NCBI GenBank assembly: GCA_903863935.1
Contig: CAIPDV010000042.1
Location: 68,869-132,868 of the forward strand
Source of the DNA: an uncultured Bacteroidota bacterium
GTDB lineage: Bacteria > Bacteroidota > Bacteroidia > JABEUT01
Direction of reading: 5' to 3'
Length of the DNA stretch: 64,000 bases
The notes under the pieces were generated by a model. It did not search any database and had not been told where the DNA came from. It worked only from the letters and a program-made list of their open reading frames with translations. A program made the position numbers and the translations under genes. This document shows positions 40,602 to 50,664 of this stretch, one piece after another. The first letter of the stretch is position 1; every line of letters starts with the position of its first letter.

Positions 40602-41738
40602 TCAGACTTTTGTTTTTACGACTTCAAACCTGTCCTTCATTCTCAGGAATGGTTTTTCAAAGAATTCGTAGGAAAGAATTGATATAATAATTGTAAACAT
40701 CAGGGTGGATAAGTAGAAAACCAAATTCATTTGCCATCCACCTAAGCCACGCCCAAATAATCTTTCTGTAAATGCAAGGCAAAATATCCGCAGGATAGCA
40801 CTGTACAAATACAATCCATAGGATATCTTACCGAGGTAATTGGTCCATTTAAAATCAAGTTTTATAACTGAATTGGGATTTGCCGCAAGGTTTATAATGA
40901 TGAAACAAAAAAATAGTGAATAGAATTCAAAATAAATAAATGGCACCCGGATATTAAAAACTAGCAAGAGTAAAGTAACTATATAGACACCCCATTGCAA
41001 ATCCTTTCGAAAAAGGGTCTTTAAAATCTTATCCTTTTCTGCAACCACTAAATAAGCACCTATTCCACCAATGGCCATACAACTCAGACGATAAAATGAA
41101 ATGATCTTTTGAAAATGCCTCAACCAGGGTGACAGATGCAAGACACGACAAAAAAATCCATACCCGTTACGAATCAGCAACACGGAAATTATAACTAATA
41201 CAAAAACCTGAACATATTTTTTGGTTCTTCTTAAAAGAAAAGGTTCCATAAAATAAAACACCTCCTCTACCCTTACAGACCATGTTGCGCCAATAGCCCT
41301 TAATGTTATTCCGATGGGAGGAATAAATAAAAGGCAGAGGAAAAAGTCAATATTTTTATACGGAGAATCAACTCCCAAATCATCAATATTCATTTTTTCA
41401 CCCAGGTAAGGAAGTATGAAAAAACCGATTATGATCACTAAGTAATAGAGCGGCCAAATCCTTAATGCTCTTCGCATCAAATACTTTTTAATGTTGATGT
41501 CCCCAGTATCCATTTTCTCTTTCAATAATAAATAGCCAATGAGAAAACCACTTAAAACAAAAAACAGGGATACATCCAAACCACCAATTGGTAAATAGGA
41601 TTTTACCCATAAATGCGGCTCCTTTCCATGAAGCACTTTCAGCTCTTCGTTATGCAGAATAATAAGAATTAATGAACCAACCAAACGGAGTCCGTCGAGA
41701 TTTGGGAAGTGTACTTTATCCTTTACAACTCCATCCAT
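40602..41738 (-). CDS. Acyltransferase family 3 (OafA-like) membrane O-acyltransferase
   Basis: FPNLDGLR, FFVLSGFLI, RRALRIWPLYY, WS..VEE.FY, LGKISYGLYL. Confidence 0.88.
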   Translation of the reverse strand: MDGVVKDKVHFPNLDGLRLVGSLILIILHNEELKVLHGKEPHLWVKSYLPIGGLDVSLFFVLSGFLIGYLLLKEKMDTGDINIKKYLMRRALRIWPLYYLVIIIGFFILPYLGEKMNIDDLGVDSPYKNIDFFLCLLFIPPIGITLRAIGATWSVRVEEVFYFMEPFLLRRTKKYVQVFVLVIISVLLIRNGYGFFCRVLHLSPWLRHFQKIISFYRLSCMAIGGIGAYLVVAEKDKILKTLFRKDLQWGVYIVTLLLLVFNIRVPFIYFEFYSLFFCFIIINLAANPNSVIKLDFKWTNYLGKISYGLYLYSAILRIFCLAFTERLFGRGLGGWQMNLVFYLSTLMFTIIISILSYEFFEKPFLRMKDRFEVVKTKV

Positions 41739-41739
41739 C

Positions 41740-42495
41740 TTAACCCTTGAAAAGATTATAAATTGGCTTGCCTATAATAACAATCATCATAACAAAGCCA
41801 AAAAGAAGGGTTTTCATAAAAACAGGCATCTTGTTAATTATAGTGGTCTTATTATAGATGTAGGAAACGTGTCGGGCAAGTATGGATGCACAAATCAAAG
41901 TCTTTTTATTCATAAATTCCGGCCGGATAACATCCATAATAATTATAATACGTCTTTTGTCTGTATTGTTCCATGCTGAATGCTTGTAGGCATCGTTAAA
42001 TATCAGACATTTCCCATTTTCCCAACTTTGTGATTCGCCATTTACCTTAAATCCGCATTCTGGTAAAACCCCTGGAATTTCAATACCGATATGGCAACGC
42101 ATAATTCCATTTGTATCACCTTCGTGCTCTCCTATTTTTGAATTTGCACTTAGCCTGCTTATAGTTACCGAGACAAGCCCCGGAATTTGTTTTAGTAGCT
42201 TATCCATTTTGGGACATTTCTTATCAAACTCATTTGAAATTTTAAGTCCCCAGAAAAGTGATGTAATCGCACTCCAGCTTTTTGCCGTATCTAATCCGCC
42301 GTAAAAAGTTGCAGTTGAAACAAATTTATCGTCTTTTTCTTTAATAAAGTTGCTGATCTCCTCCTGCCAGGCAGGCCAGTTGTCTTCCAAAGCCATAGCC
42401 CACGGGAAATCCTTCACCTTAAAATACCAGGGCTCATTTCCCGGGTAAGGTCGCCTGCTTGAACCATACCACAATTGTTTCTTTCCGACTTCCAT
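41740..42495 (-). CDS. Aspartyl/asparaginyl beta-hydroxylase-family (LpxO-like) Fe/2OG oxygenase
   Basis: LEDNW..W.EE, IGEHEGDTNGIMRCHIGI, W.NGK.LIFNDAYKHSAWN.TDK.R; C-terminal hydrophobic anchor. Confidence 0.85.
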   Translation of the reverse strand: MEVGKKQLWYGSSRRPYPGNEPWYFKVKDFPWAMALEDNWPAWQEEISNFIKEKDDKFVSTATFYGGLDTAKSWSAITSLFWGLKISNEFDKKCPKMDKLLKQIPGLVSVTISRLSANSKIGEHEGDTNGIMRCHIGIEIPGVLPECGFKVNGESQSWENGKCLIFNDAYKHSAWNNTDKRRIIIIMDVIRPEFMNKKTLICASILARHVSYIYNKTTIINKMPVFMKTLLFGFVMMIVIIGKPIYNLFKG

Positions 42496-42594
42496 TACTT
42501 GACCTATTATTGCACAAATATAGAGTAATATGGTGCTCTTTAACCGGGCATTACTCCTTAATTGAATTTATATGCTTTAGTATCTTTGTGACGG

Positions 42595-43638
42595 ATGAAT
42601 GCACAAGTTTCATTATATACAACGGAAGAAATTGAAAGGATAAAAAACACGCCGATGTTTTTTGTTTTGGGTAAAGAACGTTCCGGGACAACATTATTGC
42701 AACTGATGCTTAATGCTCATGCAAACATTATTGCTCCGCCTGAATCAAGGTTTATTATTCTTCTCTATTTCAGATATGGAAAAACAAAAAAATGGACGGA
42801 ACAAATAATTTCTTCCCTGTGCGATAATCTTTTTGAAGAGGGCCTATTTCGTGATTTTTGGGGCATTGATAAACAGCAATTGAAAAATCAATTAATTACT
42901 GCAAAGGATATGCTTACCTTCTCTTTACTTTGCAAAATAATTTTCCGGATTTCAGCCCCCGGCAAAAATGAAGTACGGATATTTTTCGATAAAAATCCTT
43001 TATACTATTACTTCCTGCCGGAACTAAATAAAATTTTTCCGGAAGCGAAATATCTCCACTTGGTTCGCGATTATAGGGCAAATTTGGTAAGCCACCGCAA
43101 AGTATTTACTGTAAAAAAAGGTACGGATATTGCATTCCGCTGGATGAAAGTAAATATGCTGGTGGAAGAGGCAAAGAAAATGGCTCCACAAAATTATTTT
43201 ACGCTCACCTATGAGTCGCTTGTGGGTAGTCCTGTCGATACTCTAAGTAAAGTCTGCCTGTTTCTGAATCTACCCTTTGATGAAAACATGGTTCAGAACC
43301 ATCAGTCAGGCATGTATTCAAAATTCAACAGCAATAAAAAAGAAGGATTCTTAAAAGTTCATCAAAATGTATTTAATCCAATAAATCCGTCTCTCATAAG
43401 CGAATGGAAAGAAAAAATTCCAAAAGAGGAATTAATGAACGTGGAAGCAGCAGTTGGTAACTTTGCAAAGTCGATGTATGGTTATGAATTAATATTTCCT
43501 GAAAAATCAGGGAATAATCCTAACGGCTTTTTTATGATGAACCTAAAATATAAAGCCATTAAATCCCTTTATCGGAAAGCATTAGCCAACTTATGGCTTT
43601 ATCGTAATATCAAGAAATATGTATGGGGAGGTTTTTAA
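42595..43638 (+). CDS. PAPS-dependent sulfotransferase (1 of 5)
   Basis: ERSGTTLL, PPES, DKNP, HLVRDYR; promoter element TATCTTTG at 42581-42588. Confidence 0.88.
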   Translation: MNAQVSLYTTEEIERIKNTPMFFVLGKERSGTTLLQLMLNAHANIIAPPESRFIILLYFRYGKTKKWTEQIISSLCDNLFEEGLFRDFWGIDKQQLKNQLITAKDMLTFSLLCKIIFRISAPGKNEVRIFFDKNPLYYYFLPELNKIFPEAKYLHLVRDYRANLVSHRKVFTVKKGTDIAFRWMKVNMLVEEAKKMAPQNYFTLTYESLVGSPVDTLSKVCLFLNLPFDENMVQNHQSGMYSKFNSNKKEGFLKVHQNVFNPINPSLISEWKEKIPKEELMNVEAAVGNFAKSMYGYELIFPEKSGNNPNGFFMMNLKYKAIKSLYRKALANLWLYRNIKKYVWGGF

Positions 43639-43648
43639 TCTCTTTCAA

Positions 43649-44701
43649 TTAATATGCTTCACCAATCCTTCCTTTTTTAAATTTTTTGGAGTACCAAAGG
43701 TTAAAGCTAAGGTTAGAAAATCTAAATCGGGTGAATCCAATCCACAAATTAAATACTATCATTTTCCATATTATTAATATGACTGGAATTCCAGTACTTC
43801 TTTTTGAAACATTCGTATTATAACCATACTTGGTATTTGCAAACTCTCCTGTGATATATTCAACAATTATTTTCTCTTCTGCCTTCAACTCACCTTCCCA
43901 TTTATTTATACTTTCAATATTTACAGGTTTCGTAAGACTTTTATGGATTTTTTCCAGGTATTTTTTCTCGAATTTCCGGTTATGAGACATGTCAGGAATT
44001 TTATGGGTCAGCATCTCCTCATTGAATGGCAGATTTAAAAAACCGCATAAATCTTTCAAAGTACCTTCGGTATCTTCCACCAATTTCTCATACTTAATTG
44101 TAAAATATTTTGATGGATTATTTTTTTTATCACTCTCTATAATTGAATTCTGAATAACCCATCCATTAGCATTAAAAATATAATTTTTCATACTAAAGGT
44201 CTTCATTGTACTATTTATAACGGCTCTGGGATCACGAACTATATGAATAAATTTCCCATTGGGATAAAGCACCCTAAGCTTATCAATAAATAAAATATAA
44301 AGCGGGTTTTTATCTGAAATAAGCTTCACATCTCCTTTATCTCGTTTCATTTGGTAATAGACCATCTTACATATCAATGAAAAGTCCGCAACTTCCCGGG
44401 CCGCCATCAGGTTTTTCAAAAGCAGGTCCCAATTTATATTCCAGTATTCAACAAACTGCGGATCCATTTTTAAGGAGTCGACAAAATCAATAATATCACT
44501 TTCCGTCCATTTTTTAATGGATGAAAATCGTGGATAAAGAATTGCAATAAATTTTGTTTCGGGTGGTGCAACAATATTGGGATGCGCATCAAGGAGTGAT
44601 TGTAATAGGGTTGTTCCTGAGCGACCTGTGCCTAACACAAATACAACTGGAATTTCCTTCAATTTATCTATTTCATCCGCTTTAATTACTTTCTCCATCA
44701 T
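43649..44701 (-). CDS. PAPS-dependent sulfotransferase (2 of 5)
   Basis: GRSGTTLL, PPET, DKNP, HIVRDPR, YEKLV. Confidence 0.88.
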   Translation of the reverse strand: MMEKVIKADEIDKLKEIPVVFVLGTGRSGTTLLQSLLDAHPNIVAPPETKFIAILYPRFSSIKKWTESDIIDFVDSLKMDPQFVEYWNINWDLLLKNLMAAREVADFSLICKMVYYQMKRDKGDVKLISDKNPLYILFIDKLRVLYPNGKFIHIVRDPRAVINSTMKTFSMKNYIFNANGWVIQNSIIESDKKNNPSKYFTIKYEKLVEDTEGTLKDLCGFLNLPFNEEMLTHKIPDMSHNRKFEKKYLEKIHKSLTKPVNIESINKWEGELKAEEKIIVEYITGEFANTKYGYNTNVSKRSTGIPVILIIWKMIVFNLWIGFTRFRFSNLSFNLWYSKKFKKGRIGEAY

Positions 44702-44744
44702 AACAAAGCTAAGCTTTTCCTGACTTTATGAATTCCAAATGAGC

Positions 44745-45782
44745 TCAAAGGCCATAACCTTTCAAATAATTTTTCCGGTAATACGAATTGAACTTATACC
44801 AATTATACCTTGCTTTTGTAAATCCCTCCCAAAGAGCGTAAACAACTTTCGTTTTAAATAATCTATATGCAGAAATATGCTTATTGGGTTTTGATTCACC
44901 CAGTAAATAGCCATATTTTTCTTTGGCATATTTGCCTGTAATATTTTCAGTAACTGCCAAATCATATTCATCAAGTTCAGTCTTCCATTTGCCAATATTA
45001 GAGGCATTAATTGGCTTTAAAAGGCTCTCATGAATTTCTTTATATCGTTCAAATATTGCCTCTTCCTTCAAATTTTCAACATTTTCTGCGAACTTATTTT
45101 TCATTATTGAATTATCATATGGCACATTCAGAAATTCGCATAATAATTTAAAAGTATCGTTAGGATTGGTCACCATCTTCTCGTAAATAACCGTAATAAA
45201 TTGTTGCGGAAATTGCTCTTTCACCTTTTCAATTGCTTGATTCAGACCAACCCACTGCCGGGAAATAAAAAACGTATTTTTCTTTTTCAATCTTTTAATA
45301 TGTCCGTTTATAACATCCCTGGGATCCCTAATTATATGTATGAATCTGGCTTCAGGAAATATCCCGAGAAGCTTATTTGCAAAATAAGAATTCCGAGGAT
45401 CTTTATCCGAGATAAGCAATATGTTTTCTTTATTATTTTTCTTTTGAAGGAAAACAATTTTGCAAGCAAGTTGATAATTTAAACCTTCCCTTAATCTTAT
45501 TAGCTCTTCAAAGAGATTTGCTTTATTCAAAAGCCAGATTTTTGATATTCGCGGAAGACTGAAAAGATCTTCAACAAAATCGTGAACAGTTTTTTCAGTC
45601 CACCTTTTTATCCCTCCAAACTTCGGATACAAAAACAGAATAAAATCGCTTTCCGGCGGGCCCACAATCTGCGGATGTGAATCAAGCATTTCCTGCATTA
45701 AGGTAGTACCGGAACGGCTGCTTCCCAAAATAAAAAGCATTGGTAACTTTTCAATTTCACTGCTCGTAATCCCTTCATTCAT
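44745..45782 (-). CDS. PAPS-dependent sulfotransferase (3 of 5)
   Basis: SRSGTTLM, PPES, DKDP, HIIRDPRD. Confidence 0.88.
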   Translation of the reverse strand: MNEGITSSEIEKLPMLFILGSSRSGTTLMQEMLDSHPQIVGPPESDFILFLYPKFGGIKRWTEKTVHDFVEDLFSLPRISKIWLLNKANLFEELIRLREGLNYQLACKIVFLQKKNNKENILLISDKDPRNSYFANKLLGIFPEARFIHIIRDPRDVINGHIKRLKKKNTFFISRQWVGLNQAIEKVKEQFPQQFITVIYEKMVTNPNDTFKLLCEFLNVPYDNSIMKNKFAENVENLKEEAIFERYKEIHESLLKPINASNIGKWKTELDEYDLAVTENITGKYAKEKYGYLLGESKPNKHISAYRLFKTKVVYALWEGFTKARYNWYKFNSYYRKNYLKGYGL

Positions 45783-46894
45783 CGTGATAAATATTTAATT
45801 AAAAAATAAACCCCGATTGAAATAAATAGATAGGCAAAGAATTTTATAGCTGCCCAAAATCGTTGATAGTTAATATTTTTTCCATTGCAAAAGAAATCAA
45901 ATCGCTTACTAATCCCTTGAAAAATCGTAAATTTTTGGAATTGCATTTTTAATCTTCCATAATCTATTGCTGCTCTTACCCATATAACCTCATGCGTGAA
46001 TTTGCTTTTGCCTAACCCTCCACTCTTCTGCAACCTCATAAACTCCACAATAAATTCTCCTGCAAGCACTCCGATAGAAACACAAAGAATTGGAAGGAAT
46101 GAGTGGATGCAAAAACATACAATTAAGGTAAGTGGGAGGCCAACAAGGAAACACTCCACCATATTGGGAAATGTATAAAACGAATATTGAGGAAATTTTT
46201 GCATTAAAATTGCTGCACCTCCGTTAACCCTTATAAACCTTGAATAATCTCTCTTCCCTTTATTCCACCAATCGTGATAAACAGGAGTATTGGTAAGGCA
46301 TTGCAATTCCTGCTTCGTATTATTATAAATCCGGAGAAAAAAATCAGCTTCCTCACAGGCTCCCCGTTTATCGTATATTTCCAGAAAACGGACATCGCCT
46401 ATTGCGGAGCGCTTTACAACCACATTAGCTGTAGCAGCACATTTTGAATGCTCACGCAAACGGGCCACAGAAAATCCTGCCAGAATACTACCGGCACGCA
46501 AACCTGCGGTGAAACTATTTATGGATTCGGGAAATATAACTTCTCCTAAAAACCCAACCTCTCCTGGCCTTTCAATGATGGCCTTTAAATAGTTTATCAG
46601 TAAATCTTTAGGTGGCTTTACATCATCATCCAAAAACAAAATCCAATCGGCCGTTGATTTATCAATACCGATATTCCTTGTTTTGCTTACTCCATAATTA
46701 GCTTCATTCGCAATTAGGATAACTTTATCATTGTCGACCTGTGTTGCAAAATCTGCCGGTATTTTGCCCTGCGGGTTATCAGAAATTATCAGAAACCTGA
46801 CTTTCGCTTCACTGGGAATATCCATGCTTACTATGGCAGTGAGATATTCACTTTGCAAACGGAAAGAAGGAACTATAACATCCAATGAAACCAT
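45779..46894 (-). CDS. Glycosyltransferase family 2 with C-terminal TM segments
   Basis: DVIVPSFR, GVSKTRNIG, WILFLDDD. Confidence 0.8.
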   Translation of the reverse strand: MVSLDVIVPSFRLQSEYLTAIVSMDIPSEAKVRFLIISDNPQGKIPADFATQVDNDKVILIANEANYGVSKTRNIGIDKSTADWILFLDDDVKPPKDLLINYLKAIIERPGEVGFLGEVIFPESINSFTAGLRAGSILAGFSVARLREHSKCAATANVVVKRSAIGDVRFLEIYDKRGACEEADFFLRIYNNTKQELQCLTNTPVYHDWWNKGKRDYSRFIRVNGGAAILMQKFPQYSFYTFPNMVECFLVGLPLTLIVCFCIHSFLPILCVSIGVLAGEFIVEFMRLQKSGGLGKSKFTHEVIWVRAAIDYGRLKMQFQKFTIFQGISKRFDFFCNGKNINYQRFWAAIKFFAYLFISIGVYFLIKYLSR

Positions 46895-46964
46895 ACTTAA
46901 CTATTCCCCAAAAGTAAATAAAATTAAGGAATAAATCTATTTGTGAAACCCACCTGAACTCCCG

Positions 46965-47900
46965 CTATTTAAGTAGGGGCGAATTGTAATTTTTCAAGAT
47001 CTCATCATTCAGTATTTTACTGAATTTGATCGCGCCATCCTTATTAAGATGTGTTACTTCCCTGAAGTCTTCGTCTGTAAATCTTGAATCGGTATGGTAA
47101 TCATACTTCCTGCAACTATAAATTGAACACAACCCATTTATTGCACTATCAATGGTTTTCATCCTGTTCTTATCTAAATATTTATTATAAAAATGGTTGT
47201 AAGGCGCAATAAAAAACACCGGTTCAATATTGCGTTTCTTCAATTCCCCGATAAATATTTTCAGATCGCTAATGTTATCTGCAAAATTTTCCTGCTTCAT
47301 TTCCTTTTCATGAGCTTTGGCAAGATTATACCCGGCCGAATCATTCAAGGGGCCTTTCTTTCCGCCAATAGCCCAACCGTTTTCCTGATAGCCTCTTTCA
47401 AGATCAGTACTAAATCCACTTAGGGCAAAATTCCAGGCTTTTTCATTTCCATACGCCAATATTTTACTGTATAAATGGATATCATACCACTTGATTGAAG
47501 GATACCGAATACCCCATTCCCTGGCATAAAAATAATCGCGAAATGGTTCATCGCATGTATGTACCTGGAACCAAAAACTTGGGTAAGAAATATCGATGAG
47601 TACCACTTTTAGCGAGGTCATTTTATCCAGATACTTCAAGGTTATTCTGGTATCATAATAAATTGACTGCTGAATATTTGCAACGTTATATCCCTTCATT
47701 GAAAAACAATCAGGGTCAACCCCTCTTAGCGAGTGGGAAGGGCCAAGCACAAGCACTTCTATCTTTGGAGCCAATGACTCAAGATGTTCCCTTTTCATTG
47801 AATAACTATCGGGCATGCGACTCAATCCATACTCCCATGCAGCAATAAATCCACTGATGGGGATGAGAAAAATAAATAATCGAATTACAAATTTTTTCAT
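46965..47900 (-). CDS. SGNH-hydrolase-like partner of MBOAT (AlgJ/DltD-like)
   Basis: N-terminal TM, LVLGPSHS block I, C-terminal F.E.THLN..GA..FS; directly downstream of MBOAT. Confidence 0.7.
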   Translation of the reverse strand: MKKFVIRLFIFLIPISGFIAAWEYGLSRMPDSYSMKREHLESLAPKIEVLVLGPSHSLRGVDPDCFSMKGYNVANIQQSIYYDTRITLKYLDKMTSLKVVLIDISYPSFWFQVHTCDEPFRDYFYAREWGIRYPSIKWYDIHLYSKILAYGNEKAWNFALSGFSTDLERGYQENGWAIGGKKGPLNDSAGYNLAKAHEKEMKQENFADNISDLKIFIGELKKRNIEPVFFIAPYNHFYNKYLDKNRMKTIDSAINGLCSIYSCRKYDYHTDSRFTDEDFREVTHLNKDGAIKFSKILNDEILKNYNSPLLK

Positions 47901-49340
47901 CTAAAACTGGAAATAAATAAATTGCCTGTGCTCAAAAATTCCATATACCCCTATTACAAATATGGCTGCATAATAAACTGCCCACCTGATATATACCGGT
48001 TGCTTAAGAAACCTGTTTAACAACGAGTGATTTCTATAGAAATATTGTAATAACTCAAGAACAATTATTAAACCGAATGAAAGAACCAAATAGGAGTTTT
48101 TAACTCCCATAAACTGCAAGTGATGAAAATGCAACAGGTCGTTAAAACTAGTAAACATGTGCCCTGCAATGTAAAACGCATTTGAAATATTATTGGAAGC
48201 GAAAAATATGGTGGCAAAACCAACCAGTGTAAACGTACCAACAATAGAAAATATGCTATATTTCCGGATGCCTATGGCCGTTCGAAATGCCTTCCATGGT
48301 TTACGTGCCAGGGTACCTATCATTAAATAAACGCCGTTTATCACTCCCCACATAATGAAATTCCAACTGGCACCGTGCCAAAGCCCGACAAGAAAAAATA
48401 TTACAAACACATTAAAAAGGTGGCCGGGCACGCCTCTGTACTTTCTGCTCATTGGCATGAACAGGTAATCCCTGAACCAGGTGGATAATGATATATGCCA
48501 TCGTGTCCAAAATTCCGCGATTGTTTTTGACATGAATGGGTAGTTGAAATTCTGCATAAGTTTAATACCCATTACTCTTGCAGCCCCCCGGGCAATATCA
48601 GTATATCCGGAAAAATCGCAATAAATTTTATAGTTGCAAAATAAGGTAGCAATAACCAGGCTTATTCCATTAAAGTGATGAGGATCAGTATAAACATTAT
48701 CTATTAATATAGCCAACCGGTCAGCAATAACAACCTTTTTAAAGAGCCCCCAAGCCATCAAGCGCAACCCACTTGCAACATTCGCATAATCGAATTCGTG
48801 GTTCTGTTTTAATTGCGGAAGCAAATTCTGAGGTCTTTCAATTGGCCCGGCAACTAATTGCGGATAGAACATTACATACAGTGAGTATATCCCGAAGTGT
48901 CGCTCCGCCTTTTGGTTGCCACGATAAACCTCGATGGTATAACTCATGGCCTGAAACGTGTGGAATGAAAGCCCTATTGGAAGCAATATAGCCAGACCGG
49001 GGATTGGGTTAGCGACGTGAAAATTACCCAGAAGAAAAGTAAGGTTATCGTTCAAAAAATTATAATACTTGAAAACCGCCAGCACGCCTATGTTTGCAAC
49101 AAGGCTACAAGTCAAATAGAGTTTTCTTCGTTTGCCCTGGGCACCTTCAATAAAAATCCCGGCGAAATAATCAATAACAATGGTAAAGCCCAGTATCAGT
49201 ATATATATTGGCACAAAGGCCATATAGAAATAACAACTGGCCGCAAGCAGAAGCACCCATCTCCATTGGTGTGTTAAACTAAAATAGAGCACCGTTACAA
49301 TTACAAAAAAATAGAGAAACTGCAGGGAGTTAAAGAGCAT
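47901..49340 (-). CDS. MBOAT family O-acyltransferase (AlgI/DltB-like)
   Basis: MLFNS..F, LPIGLSFHTFQ, FYPQLVAGPIER, DFSGYTDIA, FW.RWHISLSTW, GLWHGA, FIYFQF. Confidence 0.92.
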   Translation of the reverse strand: MLFNSLQFLYFFVIVTVLYFSLTHQWRWVLLLAASCYFYMAFVPIYILILGFTIVIDYFAGIFIEGAQGKRRKLYLTCSLVANIGVLAVFKYYNFLNDNLTFLLGNFHVANPIPGLAILLPIGLSFHTFQAMSYTIEVYRGNQKAERHFGIYSLYVMFYPQLVAGPIERPQNLLPQLKQNHEFDYANVASGLRLMAWGLFKKVVIADRLAILIDNVYTDPHHFNGISLVIATLFCNYKIYCDFSGYTDIARGAARVMGIKLMQNFNYPFMSKTIAEFWTRWHISLSTWFRDYLFMPMSRKYRGVPGHLFNVFVIFFLVGLWHGASWNFIMWGVINGVYLMIGTLARKPWKAFRTAIGIRKYSIFSIVGTFTLVGFATIFFASNNISNAFYIAGHMFTSFNDLLHFHHLQFMGVKNSYLVLSFGLIIVLELLQYFYRNHSLLNRFLKQPVYIRWAVYYAAIFVIGVYGIFEHRQFIYFQF

Positions 49341-49550
49341 ACGTAATTATCGTTGCAATTGGGATTGATGCAAAATTATATTTTTATCTTTGCGCAATGC
49401 AGATTTGGATTGAAAAAGAAAATCGGCCTGCTTTTCGGGTTATTTAACAATCCTTTCTATTAAAACTGCTGAATGGCTTATTGCTACAAAATGCTTATAG
49501 AGTTGTCCAAGCAAAAAACAGTTATAAAGATTAATACTTTTCAAAAATAA

Positions 49551-50624
49551 GTGAGCTCCGACCACCCGATAAACGCCAAGGAAATTAATAATATCCCAAT
49601 GTTATTTATTTTAGGCAATGCGCGCTCTGGCACTACACTTCTACAGGTATTGCTTGATGCACATCCGGAAATAGTCGGAAGCCCTGAATCGAAATTTGCA
49701 GTCTTATTTTACCCAAGATATAAGCATATAAAAAAGTGGAAAGAATCTGATATCATTGATTTTGTAGAGCATTTATATAAGGAACCATTGTTTGTTCAGT
49801 TATGGCATTTGGATAAGGAAAAACTAAAAAAAGAGTTATTGAAAGTGAAGGAAAATGCCACCTATTCTTTGCTTTGCAAAATGGTGTACTATCAAATGCG
49901 AAATGGGAAAAATAATCCGTTGTATCTTTCTGATAAGAACCCTGAATACACTCTTTATATTGATACAATTTTAAAAATGTTTCCGGAGGCAAAGTTTATA
50001 CATATCATTCGGGAACCGAGGGATACGATTTACAGCCAGATGATTTCCTTCAAAGAAAAGAATTCCAAATTCAAAGCCTTTAAATGGTTAGCATTTAATA
50101 CAATTGTAGAGGGAAAAAAGAAAAAAGATCCGGAGCGATATTTTACACTGCTTTATGAAAACCTGGTGAATGATACGGAAGCAACCATGAAAGATTTATC
50201 ATCCTTTTTAAACATTCCATTTTCAGCCTCAATGGCTCAAAACAAAAGCCCTGAGTGGTTAAATGCTCATCTGGAAAAAAATGTGCTCACCGAAAATGCA
50301 AAACCATTTTATGCAAATCTTCTGAAACCAATTAACCCTTCTAAAATCGGGAATTGGAAAAACCACATGGATGTTTATGATCAGACATTAGCGGAGATAA
50401 TTACCGGAGATTTTGCTCACAAAATGTATGGGTATGAAATTGACAGCAACCATAAAAACAAACCGGTAAAAATTTCTGCATACTCGCTGTTTAAAGGCAA
50501 TTGCCTTTACTTTTTCTGGCAAATGTTTAAGCAGGTAAAGGTCAAATCTACCCGCCTGAATTTGTTATATGCCAGGTTCCGAATCATGCTCAATCCGAAT
50601 GTTCGAATTTCGAAGTTTTTCTGA
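49551..50624 (+). CDS. PAPS-dependent sulfotransferase (4 of 5)
   Basis: ARSGTTLL, SPES, DKNP, HIIREPRD; GTG start. Confidence 0.88.
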   Translation: MSSDHPINAKEINNIPMLFILGNARSGTTLLQVLLDAHPEIVGSPESKFAVLFYPRYKHIKKWKESDIIDFVEHLYKEPLFVQLWHLDKEKLKKELLKVKENATYSLLCKMVYYQMRNGKNNPLYLSDKNPEYTLYIDTILKMFPEAKFIHIIREPRDTIYSQMISFKEKNSKFKAFKWLAFNTIVEGKKKKDPERYFTLLYENLVNDTEATMKDLSSFLNIPFSASMAQNKSPEWLNAHLEKNVLTENAKPFYANLLKPINPSKIGNWKNHMDVYDQTLAEIITGDFAHKMYGYEIDSNHKNKPVKISAYSLFKGNCLYFFWQMFKQVKVKSTRLNLLYARFRIMLNPNVRISKFF

Positions 50625-50664
50625 TAAAGTTCCTTCCGATATCGAATAATAAGTTCTGAATTAT

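Noticed and set aside
41740..42495. HEG (HxG) motif as a halogenase signature
   Set aside because: AspH-family hydroxylases normally have HxG and only two His ligands, so it is not diagnostic here.
49397..49447. 16-codon ORF MQIWIEKENRPAFRVI just after a TATCTTTG element, considered as RiPP precursor or leader peptide
   Set aside because: No Tyr/Ser/Thr/Asp sulfation or hydroxylation targets, no leader features, no peptidase or transporter nearby; could be chance.
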